64,000 bases of DNA, taken from contig CP050876.1 of assembly GCA_050916035.1 (NCBI GenBank), positions 135,923-199,922 of the forward strand, given 5' to 3'. This document shows, in pieces, positions 10,054-19,645 of the stretch (position 1 is the first letter of the stretch; every line of letters starts with the position of its first letter). A program made the position numbers and the translations under genes. The notes beneath the pieces were generated by a model. The model ran no database searches and was not told where the DNA came from. It worked only from the letters and a program-made list of their open reading frames with translations. The DNA comes from Vampirovibrio sp. (GTDB lineage: Bacteria > Cyanobacteriota > Vampirovibrionia > Vampirovibrionales > JAJTHC01).

Positions 10054-12018
10054 TTAGCTGGTTTTTCGTTTCAGGAAAATCACGCCCAAAGGAGGCAAGG
10101 TTAAATTGAGGCTTTGGGCATGACCATGAAACCCAATCGCATCAGTCTGTAAATCAGGAGCGTTCATTTGTCCCGAACCCCCATATTGTAGCGCATCCGT
10201 ATTCAGTAATTCGACATAGTCGCCTGCTTGTGGGACACCTACACAATAATTATATTGCGTTTGTGGAGTGAAATTTCCCACAATGAGTATTTCATCCTGA
10301 GGGGCATGCCCACGGCGAATAAAGGCCATGACGCTATTTTCCGTGTCTTGGCAATCAATCATATAAAACCCTTCGGGATCCGTATCTTTTTCATGCATCG
10401 CAGGTTCTTGGCGATATAAGTGGTTTAAATCACGAATCAAGTGTTGAATGCCTTCATGACTTTGCCATTGTGTTAAATGCCAATCCACACTGGCTTCACA
10501 ATTCCACTCTTGCCATTGGCCAATATCACAGCCCATAAACAAGAGTTTTTTACCTGGTTGCGCCCATTGATAGCCGTATAAGGCACGCATGTTTGCAAAT
10601 TGTTGCCACATATCTCCTGGCATTTTCGACAAAATAGATTGCTTTCCATGCACCACTTCATCATGGCTTAAGGGCATACAAAAATGTTCGCTAAACATAT
10701 ATAAGCCCCGAAAGGTAATGCTATTTTGATGATATTTGCGGTGAATCGGGTCTTTAGAAAAGTATTCAAGGGTGTCGTGCATCCAACCCATATCCCACTT
10801 ATAATCAAAGCCTAGTCCGCCGTCTTTGGTCGGCTTGGTGACGCCTCCCCAACTGGTGGATTCTTCCGCAAACATAAGGACATCGGGGAAGCAATGGTGA
10901 ACAGCATCATTGAGGTCTCTTAAGAAATAAATGGCGTCTAAATTTTCACGTCCTCCGTAGATGTTGGGCTCCCACTCGCCTTCTTCACGAGAATAATCGA
11001 GGTACAACATGGAGGCTACCGCATCAACCCGTAGTCCATCAATATGGTATTTGTCTAACCAAAACAAGGCGTTAGAAATTAAGAAATTGCGAACTTCCCA
11101 ACGTCCATAATTAAAAATATTCGTTCCCCAATCTTGATGCTCTCGTTTTCGAGCATCTTCATGTTCGTATAAGTGCGTGCCATCAAAAAAGTCTAAGCCA
11201 TGTAAGTCTTTTGGAAAGTGAGCAGGTACCCAATCCACCAAGACTCCAATACCGTTTTGATGCAATTTGTCTACCAAGTATTTAAATTCATCGGGATTAC
11301 CAAAACGACTGGTGGGGGCAAAATAACCCACGGTCTGATACCCCCACGATAAATCATAGGGATGTTCTGCAATCGGCATAAATTCTACGTGAGTGTATTC
11401 CATAGAACGCACATAGTCGACCAATTTATCTGCCAATTCTAGGTAGGTCAACCAGCGGTTCTGATCTTCAGGCATGCGCATCCAAGACCCTAAGTGACAT
11501 TCATAAATCGAAACAGGACGTTCTGTGGAAGGGGTGGCCCCTCGATACGACATCCATTCTTTGTCTTCCCATTCATAGCGATCTAAATCCCATATTTTAG
11601 AGCCTGTGCAAGGGCGTTCTTCTGCAAAAAATCCCATAGGGTCCGCCTTTTCAACTTCGTAAAAGGTGGCGGCCGACTGAATGTAAAATTTATATGTTTC
11701 CCCCGCTGTTAAATGGGGAATAAAGCCCACCCAATAGCCTGATTCTTTTAAATTGTGCATGCCATGCGCTTGTTGGTTCCAACCATTAAAATCCCCTGTG
11801 ATGGAGACCGCTTGTGCATTAGGCGCCCAAACGCAGAAATGAACCCCTTTAGTGCCATCAGTATCCTGCGTTAAGTGAGCACCGATTTTATTATACATTT
11901 GCAAGTGCTTACCTTCTCGCAACAAATAGAGGTCATATTCGGTAATAAAGTCGGTGACCCGAAGCGATTGATCCAGCATGATTTTTTCCTTGTTGTCCGA
12001 AATAAAAAGCGTTTGCAT
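10054..12018 (-). CDS. glgB: 1,4-alpha-glucan branching enzyme
   Basis: VWAPNA, IYECHLGSW, SWGYQ, DWVPAHFP, GLRVDAVASMLY, AEES, LSHDEVVHGK; alternative start 11979. Confidence 0.97.
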   Translation of the reverse strand: MQTLFISDNKEKIMLDQSLRVTDFITEYDLYLLREGKHLQMYNKIGAHLTQDTDGTKGVHFCVWAPNAQAVSITGDFNGWNQQAHGMHNLKESGYWVGFIPHLTAGETYKFYIQSAATFYEVEKADPMGFFAEERPCTGSKIWDLDRYEWEDKEWMSYRGATPSTERPVSIYECHLGSWMRMPEDQNRWLTYLELADKLVDYVRSMEYTHVEFMPIAEHPYDLSWGYQTVGYFAPTSRFGNPDEFKYLVDKLHQNGIGVLVDWVPAHFPKDLHGLDFFDGTHLYEHEDARKREHQDWGTNIFNYGRWEVRNFLISNALFWLDKYHIDGLRVDAVASMLYLDYSREEGEWEPNIYGGRENLDAIYFLRDLNDAVHHCFPDVLMFAEESTSWGGVTKPTKDGGLGFDYKWDMGWMHDTLEYFSKDPIHRKYHQNSITFRGLYMFSEHFCMPLSHDEVVHGKQSILSKMPGDMWQQFANMRALYGYQWAQPGKKLLFMGCDIGQWQEWNCEASVDWHLTQWQSHEGIQHLIRDLNHLYRQEPAMHEKDTDPEGFYMIDCQDTENSVMAFIRRGHAPQDEILIVGNFTPQTQYNYCVGVPQAGDYVELLNTDALQYGGSGQMNAPDLQTDAIGFHGHAQSLNLTLPPLGVIFLKRKTS

Positions 12019-12224
12019 GATGAGAGGTATCCCTTCTTTAATCCACACTAAAGCGTCGCCATGGGTAAAGCATGTTTGTCCTAGCGAATGGCGCCTGATT
12101 TAAAAAATAGTCTACCTCACCTTAGCTTAGTGTAGCATGATTTGTCACGAAAGACACCTGATTTGGATGATTTTTATGAGGGGCATCTCTTTTTGATGCG
12201 CTAAAAATTGTTTCAGTGACCTAT

Positions 12225-15200
12225 TTAATCTAAGGACAAAATATCTTTGAGATCATCTAAACTTATTTTTTTGGAAATGGAACGATCCGCTGAAATGACG
12301 CTATCCACTAAGTCTCGTTTTTGAGATTTTAATTGCATAATGCGCTCTTCCACGGTGGAGCGTGCAATCAGGCGATACACAAAGACACTCTTGGTCTGAC
12401 CAATACGGTGAACCCGATCAGTGGCTTGGTCTTCTGCCGCGGGGTTCCACCAAGGGTCGTAATGTACCACCATGTCTGCTCCCGTCAGGTTTAAGCCCGT
12501 TCCTCCTGCCTTTAAAGACACCAAAAATATTTTAATGGATTCATCTTCATTAAAGCGGTCCACGCGAGGTTGTCGCTCTTCCGTTTTGGTTTGACCGGTG
12601 AGTATTTCGTAGCGAATGCCTTTTTGCTTGAGCCAGGATTCTGCAATTTTAAGCATTTTGACAAATTGGCTAAATAATAAAATACGGTGGCCGTTTTCAA
12701 TGCCTGTTTCCAATAATTCTTTCAGCATTTCAAACTTGCCCGATTCATGGAGGCCTCCTGATAGTTCAGGTCCAATTAAGGCGGAGTGGTTGCAGACTTG
12801 TCGAAGCTTTGTGAGGGCAGCAAATACATGTTGCTGATTGATTTTTCCACCTTTCGCAATGGCTTCTTCAATGAGTTCTTCACGAGCTTTTTCGAGCACA
12901 TCCAAGTACAGTTGGCGCTGGTTGTCGGTCAAGTCACAGAATAAGACTTGTTCCATTTTAGGGGGCAAGTCTTTTAACACATCTCGTTTCATACGACGGA
13001 GAATAAAGGGGGACACTTGCTTCTTTAAGCGATGTCCTGCATCCAAACTGCCCCGCTCTTCAATGGGTTGGATATAACGCCTGCGGAAATCGTCAAAATC
13101 CTCTAAAAATCCAGGCATTAAGAAATCAAAGATGCTCCAGAGTTCGCTGAGGCGATTTTCAATCGGTGTGCCTGAAAGTGCTACACGGTGTTGAGACTGC
13201 AACATTTTGGCCGCTTGTGCGGTTTGAGACGCCATATTTTTAATCTGTTGGGATTCGTCTAAAATGGCAAAGCGAAAGGGGTAGTCTTTAATCGCGTTGA
13301 TGTCTCGGCGTAAAATCGCATAACTGGTAATGACCACATCGGCATCTTTAATCTGTGAATATTGATCATAACGATCGGATCCCGTGAGATCAATGACGTT
13401 TAATTCAGGCGTAAAGCGTTTGATTTCATTTTGCCAATTGCGGACCAAAGTGGTGGGGCAGACAATAATCGAAGGAAATGCTCCATGTTTGTTACGCGCT
13501 TGTTGAATGGCGACCAAGGCTTGTAAGGTTTTCCCTAAGCCCATATCATCCGCTAAAATCCCGTTTAGGCCATACGAATATAAAAACCATAACCACTGAA
13601 AGCCCCGTTCCTGATAAGGTCTTAATTCGGCGACCACATTGCTTGGCACACTTAATTCTTCCATGGGTTTGCCCGCGGTCATAATGTCCCAAAAGCGTTG
13701 AAACTTTTTAGACATGTCTAAGACGACTTTCGCATCCACCAATTCCATCAATAAGCCCGCTTTATACGTGGGGATTTTATAAAAATCGGTTTCTAAAATT
13801 TCAGGTTCAAAGGCTTGAATGGTACGACCCACGGCCAAAAGGGTATGCAACGGGACTTCTACAAAGCCTGTGCCTTGGACATAAAAATATTTCTTCCCTG
13901 CCACCATCTGTTTTTGAATTTCGGTCATCGAAATACTTTTCGCCCCCAAACGAGCTTCCAAGCGTAAAGTGAAAAAGGTCACGGATTCATCAAATTCCAA
14001 GCGGGCGACAATGTTTAGAGCCGTTCGAGAGGCTTGAAGCAGGGTTATTTCTTGGGGATTGAGGACGTTGATAATCCATCCTTCTTTTTCCCAGCGAGGG
14101 AGGAACACATTGTATAAATCAACCGCTTCATCGCCTTCCGCCATGAGGGCATAAGCCTGCATGAGTTGAGAGGAGGCTTGACTCACGCGTTCCCACGCTT
14201 TTTCTTCAAAGTCAAAATCTCGTTTATACCAGGTGGTCTTATTCTTCTTTTTATTGGTCGAGGCTAAATAAGGGGACTGTTTGGCTTTTTTGGCATAAGG
14301 AATGCGGGTTTTATCATAATTAAAATGAAGAACCAAACGTAAACGCATCGCGGCAGGGTCGAGCATCTCAATGTTAAGCGAAGGAATCGGGGCTTGCGAC
14401 ATTTTTTTCAGTGCATCGGCCACCATGCTGTCGTCGACAGGAAGTAACTTGCGTAAATTGGGCAAGACTTCAAAAAGAAAGGAGGCACTGTCTTGCATGG
14501 GGACATCCGTAAAGGTCCCCTGCTTTAAGGCCTTGGGTAATTTACTTAAAACAGGTTGAATCGGATAAATCCGCTGTAAATGCTTGCCCCATGTCGCTTT
14601 GGGGTCTAATAATTCTACTTCTTCTAAAGGGAAAATAGAGTGGGCCATTTGAGAAGATGCGGGCTTTCCTAAAATGGGGGGTGTTTCAAACTGACACCAA
14701 TGCATCGCAAGCGTGCTTTGTCCGTTACTGTTTTGATGTACTTCCAGTAAAGGCATTAATGCTTGTGTTTCAATCGCTAAGCGCAGGCCTTTTTCATCGA
14801 CCACTTCTTCACAGCGAGACAAGAGCGGCAGGAATTCATCAAATAACTCAAAGGGGATGAGCATCCAACCGTTATTAGACACTTGCTTAATACGGTGTTG
14901 TTCTAAAAATTGTAGAATACTAATGTCTTGGCGTGCTTCAGGCACTTGGCTCCACGGGGTCCCATCAGGATAGGCCGCCGTCAAGGCTCGACGCAATAAT
15001 TTTGTCGGATCAGCACACCAAGCGTCTCGTTCGCGTTCAATTAAACGTAAGCCCACTCCCTTGCTTTTATTGTACGCAAAATGCACTTGTTGCTTTAAAA
15101 TACCCATCGTCCTGCCAAGGGCCTGTAAGTCTGGGTCTTCTTCAGGGAGGTTCCAATACACTTCCCATAGGCGTTGTTCTGAAATACTTAAGGCCACCGC

Positions 15201-15611
15201 CACGGCATGCTTACACCATTTTTCTTCAATGGCACAATTACATCTGGGTTCTATGCCCGCGGTATTGAACCGCATTTCAGTCGTATAACTGGATTTAAAA
15301 TTTCCTTTGACGCGTGCTACAATCCCATATTGTTCTAAATCTAAATTCAGAATTTTATTTCCCGCCAAATGGGTTTCCACCCCTCGACGCCAGTTGCCCG
15401 CCTTACTTTGATTTTTAATCCACGCATAGGTGAGATGCGGTAAAGGATTCTTGGGTAATGCTTGTGGGGACCCCGAGGCGTTTGACTGAGAAGAGGCGTC
15501 TGAATAACGTGGCTTGGACGAATTTTTTTTATGCCCTCCCTGCTTGGAAGAAGAAGACCTGTTTTTAGATTTTGCCGTCATTTGAGCAGGCGGAGTAGCA
15601 TTTTTAGACAT
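12225..15611 (-). CDS. SWIM zinc finger + SNF2-family ATPase
   Basis: SWIM CNC..CKH; LADDMGLGKT, LDESQ, SGTPIEN, SLKAGGTGLNLT, DPWWNP, QATDRVHRIGQ. Confidence 0.95.
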   Translation of the reverse strand: MSKNATPPAQMTAKSKNRSSSSKQGGHKKNSSKPRYSDASSQSNASGSPQALPKNPLPHLTYAWIKNQSKAGNWRRGVETHLAGNKILNLDLEQYGIVARVKGNFKSSYTTEMRFNTAGIEPRCNCAIEEKWCKHAVAVALSISEQRLWEVYWNLPEEDPDLQALGRTMGILKQQVHFAYNKSKGVGLRLIERERDAWCADPTKLLRRALTAAYPDGTPWSQVPEARQDISILQFLEQHRIKQVSNNGWMLIPFELFDEFLPLLSRCEEVVDEKGLRLAIETQALMPLLEVHQNSNGQSTLAMHWCQFETPPILGKPASSQMAHSIFPLEEVELLDPKATWGKHLQRIYPIQPVLSKLPKALKQGTFTDVPMQDSASFLFEVLPNLRKLLPVDDSMVADALKKMSQAPIPSLNIEMLDPAAMRLRLVLHFNYDKTRIPYAKKAKQSPYLASTNKKKNKTTWYKRDFDFEEKAWERVSQASSQLMQAYALMAEGDEAVDLYNVFLPRWEKEGWIINVLNPQEITLLQASRTALNIVARLEFDESVTFFTLRLEARLGAKSISMTEIQKQMVAGKKYFYVQGTGFVEVPLHTLLAVGRTIQAFEPEILETDFYKIPTYKAGLLMELVDAKVVLDMSKKFQRFWDIMTAGKPMEELSVPSNVVAELRPYQERGFQWLWFLYSYGLNGILADDMGLGKTLQALVAIQQARNKHGAFPSIIVCPTTLVRNWQNEIKRFTPELNVIDLTGSDRYDQYSQIKDADVVITSYAILRRDINAIKDYPFRFAILDESQQIKNMASQTAQAAKMLQSQHRVALSGTPIENRLSELWSIFDFLMPGFLEDFDDFRRRYIQPIEERGSLDAGHRLKKQVSPFILRRMKRDVLKDLPPKMEQVLFCDLTDNQRQLYLDVLEKAREELIEEAIAKGGKINQQHVFAALTKLRQVCNHSALIGPELSGGLHESGKFEMLKELLETGIENGHRILLFSQFVKMLKIAESWLKQKGIRYEILTGQTKTEERQPRVDRFNEDESIKIFLVSLKAGGTGLNLTGADMVVHYDPWWNPAAEDQATDRVHRIGQTKSVFVYRLIARSTVEERIMQLKSQKRDLVDSVISADRSISKKISLDDLKDILSLD

Positions 15612-16003
15612 ACAACAAAAAACCAACTTTCATTATTTCAAAGCACAGACAACCGTCAAAGCGAGGCAGGTATCATTTTTAAAAGGCTACAGATAAACCG
15701 TATATAAAATAAATCGTATGAGTGTTGATAGAACACTTCATAAAAAACGCTTATGACTCAATTGCAATACAACCGTAAAAGATAAAATAGAGCGATGAAA
15801 AGAGAATACTCGTTGAACAGGGGGAAGCCCTAAAAATTCAAGTATTGAGCCTTCACGACTATAGATTCATCCACTTCTGTTTATTATCATAACATAGTTA
15901 TAGAATTTGCAAGTGCTTTTCATCTGTCAAAAGGAGCTTTGGCGTGCCCCCTCTTTATGTTAGAATTATCTGGCTTGTTTTAAAATGAAGGAGTATTTTC
16001 CTA

Positions 16004-16327
16004 ATGTCTTTAATGCCTCACGCCCTTAAAACCTATGTGATTATTGCCTATGATGGCAGCGATGAAGGGGCGGCTGGACGTCGACTTCAGGCGCGTCCTG
16101 CTCATTTGGCACAAATAGAAGCGGGACAAAAAGCAGGCGTGGTGAAGTGTGCGGTGGCCTTACAAAATGAAGCGGGGACAAACGCGATAGGGTCTTTGGT
16201 GATTTTAGAACTGGCTGATGCTGAAGGTGTACAGGCTTTTTTAGAGGCGGAACCCTACGTGCAAGAAGGGGTCTGGCAATCCATTACCGTGCACCCAGGG
16301 GCGGTGCCTCCTATGTTTAAATGGTAA
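16004..16327 (+). CDS. YciI-family protein
   Basis: RLQARPAHL, GSLVILE, AEPYVQEGVW. Confidence 0.88.
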   Translation: MSLMPHALKTYVIIAYDGSDEGAAGRRLQARPAHLAQIEAGQKAGVVKCAVALQNEAGTNAIGSLVILELADAEGVQAFLEAEPYVQEGVWQSITVHPGAVPPMFKW

Positions 16328-16462
16328 CGATTTCTTTATAAATGGCACAATGTTTGTTTTTATAATCCTTTATGCCTATACAGGCCGACGCGCTTTGAAG
16401 ACGCGTCACTGGTGAGACCCATAGGCATGACTGATACTTTAATTGCAAGGACAAAACCCATT

Positions 16463-16774
16463 ATGATTAACATAAAACCAAATCCGTTGATGATTCCTAA
16501 TTTTTTAGGATCCAACGTTACACCCCCTTTAAACACTTTCCCTTCTCCTCTCTCTTCTATGAATCTGATACCTCCTGTGGCGGCTCCGAGTTCATTATTG
16601 GCTTTATTGTCTTCTCAAGATTATGCTTTTACCGCTCCAAGCTTTAGTTTGCAAAATTTACTCCCTCTTCCCGATGGGAAATCCAATTATAAATTTCTTA
16701 TCTCGAAAGGGAATCCACCTTCTACCAGTGGTGGGGGAAGTGGAGCCTCAAGCAGTGGTAAAAAATCCACCTAA
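16463..16774 (+). CDS. Hypothetical Pro/Ser-rich protein
   Basis: ORF with AAGGA RBS before ATG 16463, followed by a terminator. Confidence 0.55.
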   Translation: MINIKPNPLMIPNFLGSNVTPPLNTFPSPLSSMNLIPPVAAPSSLLALLSSQDYAFTAPSFSLQNLLPLPDGKSNYKFLISKGNPPSTSGGGSGASSSGKKST

Positions 16775-16797
16775 GCGATAAACCCTTTCCCTAAGCG

Positions 16798-16828
16798 AAA
16801 AGCCTCCAGATTTTTTGGAGGCTTTTTT
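16798..16828. terminator. Bidirectional intrinsic terminator
   Basis: AAAAGCCTCCA-loop-TGGAGGCTTTTTT between convergent units. Confidence 0.8.
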
Positions 16829-16834
16829 GAGCAA

Positions 16835-16871
16835 TCGGGATGACAGGATTCGAACCTACGACCTCTTCATC
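16835..16871 (-). pseudogene. 3' half of a tRNA-Pro (att-site-like relic)
   Basis: Reverse complement GATGAAGAGGTCGTAGGTTCGAATCCTGTCATCCCGA gives anticodon-stem 3' side, T-arm and acceptor 3' strand; no D-arm or 5' half upstream. Confidence 0.75.
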
Positions 16872-16930
16872 GGACGATAAAGGACAGACCGCTTGAAGGT
16901 TGCTGCATTTTTTAAGAGGCTCGTGGTGAT

Positions 16931-17620
16931 TTAAAACGGCTTGAGGGAGCTATTGTCTTGGTAGAGGCGCTGAATCACACGAATATCCCCTGTTTTTAAG
17001 GGGTCTGTTGAAAGCCGTTGGGGTTCTGCTGTCGCTTGAATGGTGAGATGATAATTCCCCGCCATCACGTCATAAGGGTTGGTACTATGCCCCCATAAGC
17101 CTAGGGCATGACCCATTTCATGCACCAACACCCGATTGAGGACGGCCGGTTTTTGAGGGAGGCCTCCTTTCGTTTGTGTGGCACAGACTAAGGTGACGGT
17201 CTGAAGGCTTTGTGTCGATTTATCATAACGTTTTGGAGTGGTTAAGGCCGCGATATAAGCACGACGGTTTTTTGCCTCCACCGATTCAGGGAGGGAAAGA
17301 CGTTCAACAAAATCGACTTGAATATCCGCCATTTCGCGACGATCGACCCATTGAAATGAAAAGGGATGCACCGAAGCCAAGGCCGCTTGCCAAGGTTGAA
17401 AGGCCGTTTCAATCCACGCACGATGGCGGGCTTCTGGCGTGTAGAGCGTCAAACTTGTTTTTTGCCAAACCAAGCGCGTGCCTTGGTGATACAAGTGAGA
17501 CATAGGTGCCTTAAAATCAGGCGTGTCGCCCAAGGCACTATTTCCCAAAGGTCCTTTGGCCGTACAGCCTCCTAAGCACAGTAAGCCAAGAATCCAGCAT
17601 AGACTGATTTTAAATTTCAT
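16931..17620 (-). CDS. Matrixin-like zinc metalloprotease, lipoprotein
   Basis: HEMGHALGLWGH..DVM metzincin motif; lipobox LGGC. Confidence 0.88.
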   Translation of the reverse strand: MKFKISLCWILGLLCLGGCTAKGPLGNSALGDTPDFKAPMSHLYHQGTRLVWQKTSLTLYTPEARHRAWIETAFQPWQAALASVHPFSFQWVDRREMADIQVDFVERLSLPESVEAKNRRAYIAALTTPKRYDKSTQSLQTVTLVCATQTKGGLPQKPAVLNRVLVHEMGHALGLWGHSTNPYDVMAGNYHLTIQATAEPQRLSTDPLKTGDIRVIQRLYQDNSSLKPF

Positions 17621-17660
17621 AGGTAGCGCTTTCTTTTTAAAACGGAGGGGCTTCGCTCGT

Positions 17661-18461
17661 TCATTCTCCAAAACGACGTTTTCGTTCCCAAAAAACGCTT
17701 AACGCTTCACAAAAATGTTCCACCGTAAACGCGGGCCATGGGACAGGGGTAAAATACAGTTCACTATAGGCGCTTTGCCAAATTAAAAAATTGCTCAGTC
17801 GTTGTTCACCACTGGTACGAATCACCAAGTCAGGGGTGGGTATGGAGGCACCTGCGTTGCTGAGGTAAGCGGTAACGGTGGATTCTTCAATGGCTTCAGG
17901 CGCTAAGGTTCCCGCTTGAACCGCGAGGGCTATGCGTTGAATGGCTTGCGTGATTTCAGCACGCCCCCCATAGTTAATGGCCAAATGAAGCTGTAAACCC
18001 GTGTTGTCTGCGGTTTTTTCTATGGCGGTTTCCAGCACCGTTTTTAAATCAAAAGGCAAGACCTCTCGATTGCCCAAGACTTTAATACAAACGCCTAAAC
18101 GCCCTAAAAGTTCTAAATCTTTGGACAAGACTTCCGCCATAAGCTTCATTAAATAGCCAACTTCTTCGCTCGTACGCTTCCAATTTTCAGTACTAAAGGC
18201 ATAGACCGTCAAGACTTGGATGCCTAAAAAACTCGCCCCTGTGATAATCTCTTTCAGGCGTTTACTGCCTTCTTTATGCCCCATGAGGGACGGCAGCAGG
18301 CGTTCTTTTGCCCAACGACGATTTCCATCCATAATAATGGCCACATGAGACAAGGGGGAGGGATGACGTCTCTGAAAATCGGCCAAACTTTTTTGCATGG
18401 TGTCATCTAAAAGTAGGGGCAGCACCGCACGAGACAACTCTATTTTCTCCTCAATCAACAC
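17661..18461 (-). CDS. uppS: Undecaprenyl diphosphate synthase
   Basis: HVAIIMDGNRRWA, YAFSTENWKR, NYGGRAEI, IRTSGEQRLSNFLIWQ, RRFG. Confidence 0.97.
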   Translation of the reverse strand: MLIEEKIELSRAVLPLLLDDTMQKSLADFQRRHPSPLSHVAIIMDGNRRWAKERLLPSLMGHKEGSKRLKEIITGASFLGIQVLTVYAFSTENWKRTSEEVGYLMKLMAEVLSKDLELLGRLGVCIKVLGNREVLPFDLKTVLETAIEKTADNTGLQLHLAINYGGRAEITQAIQRIALAVQAGTLAPEAIEESTVTAYLSNAGASIPTPDLVIRTSGEQRLSNFLIWQSAYSELYFTPVPWPAFTVEHFCEALSVFWERKRRFGE

Positions 18462-18520
18462 AAAGGGATTTTTATAAAAAATAGCACAAAAGAACGCGAT
18501 AGAGGAGTCAATAATTTTGA

Positions 18521-19549
18521 TTAGACAACGACTTCATCTCTAGGGTGTTCAGGTACAATCTGAACAGATTTAGGTTCCGTTGTGCTGATCTCTGCCATTT
18601 CCTTGGCTTCTTCTTCTTTCGCTTGGGCGTCTTGGGTGATGAGGGGCATGCCACAAATATACATTTCATTGAGTCGTGAACCGAATTGGTCTAAGGCGAA
18701 TCCCCAAGTAAAGGCACGAGCCGCGGAACCAAACGTCGCGAGTATGGAGCCTGGAATCAATAATTTGCTTAACCAATGGGTCCCTTGTAAGCCACTAAAG
18801 AACCAATTGTAGTTGACAATTAAAGCACTGACGCCCCCGACCACATTAAAGAGCAAGTAACCCGTGTCTTGAAAGGAGGGAATGCTAGCGCCTAAGATGC
18901 CAAATAAGCCTGCCACTGAAAAGAAGATCCCTCCAAAGCGACGGCTTTTCCATAAGCTTTTTGTCGACAACACTGCAGGAAGAGGAGGAAGCCCTTCCTC
19001 TCTTAGTAACGCGCGTAAGGGCCATCCCGCAACTTGAAAAACGCCTTCCACCCCGACTTGAATCGCGAGCAGGGTATCCTGCACGATAAACGCAAAAAGT
19101 TCAGCAAAACTTTTTAAGCTCGTCACACGCCCTAGGTCAAAGGAACGCTTGTTTTCCATCGCCAAGTTACTCATGCCAAAAAAGAGAAAACCCACCATAA
19201 AAATTAAAATCCCACGATAAAGAACGTTTTCTACATCACTGGCAATGGCAATCCACATCACAAAAAAGGACAAGCCCGCCAGTACTAGGCTAGGTTGTTG
19301 ACTCACCCAACCACTGCGCATCATGGCGGGGGCGGCCACAATGGGTCCTACGGACATTAAAACGCCCGCCAAGCCCTTGAGTGTTAAGTTGGGGTCTTTG
19401 TAAAAGGGAATGTTGATATCGGACAGCAAGGTGGGGTCAACCTGAAAGATAAAGCCGACCAACAAAAGTGTGGCTCCCAGCCAGCCGATAAATTGACCCC
19501 CTAAGGCCACGACATAATCGCCCAAATGGGGTTTTTTAGATATCGTCAT
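18521..19549 (-). CDS. Hypothetical multi-pass membrane protein
   Basis: Many hydrophobic segments; GGTGGAG RBS before ATG 19549 (alternative start 19621). Confidence 0.7.
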   Translation of the reverse strand: MTISKKPHLGDYVVALGGQFIGWLGATLLLVGFIFQVDPTLLSDINIPFYKDPNLTLKGLAGVLMSVGPIVAAPAMMRSGWVSQQPSLVLAGLSFFVMWIAIASDVENVLYRGILIFMVGFLFFGMSNLAMENKRSFDLGRVTSLKSFAELFAFIVQDTLLAIQVGVEGVFQVAGWPLRALLREEGLPPLPAVLSTKSLWKSRRFGGIFFSVAGLFGILGASIPSFQDTGYLLFNVVGGVSALIVNYNWFFSGLQGTHWLSKLLIPGSILATFGSAARAFTWGFALDQFGSRLNEMYICGMPLITQDAQAKEEEAKEMAEISTTEPKSVQIVPEHPRDEVVV

Positions 19550-19645
19550 ATAATCTCCACCCAATGTTTCTATGTGTTTAAATTTAGAATAAAAGTAGGT
19601 TTCTACTGTTATTCTAGCCATTATAGCAGAGCAAGCATTCAGCGT

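Noticed and set aside
16889-16899. CCGCTTGAAGG shared with the 41839 hairpin arm
   Set aside because: An 11-bp match is expected by chance in 64 kb and has no flanking similarity.
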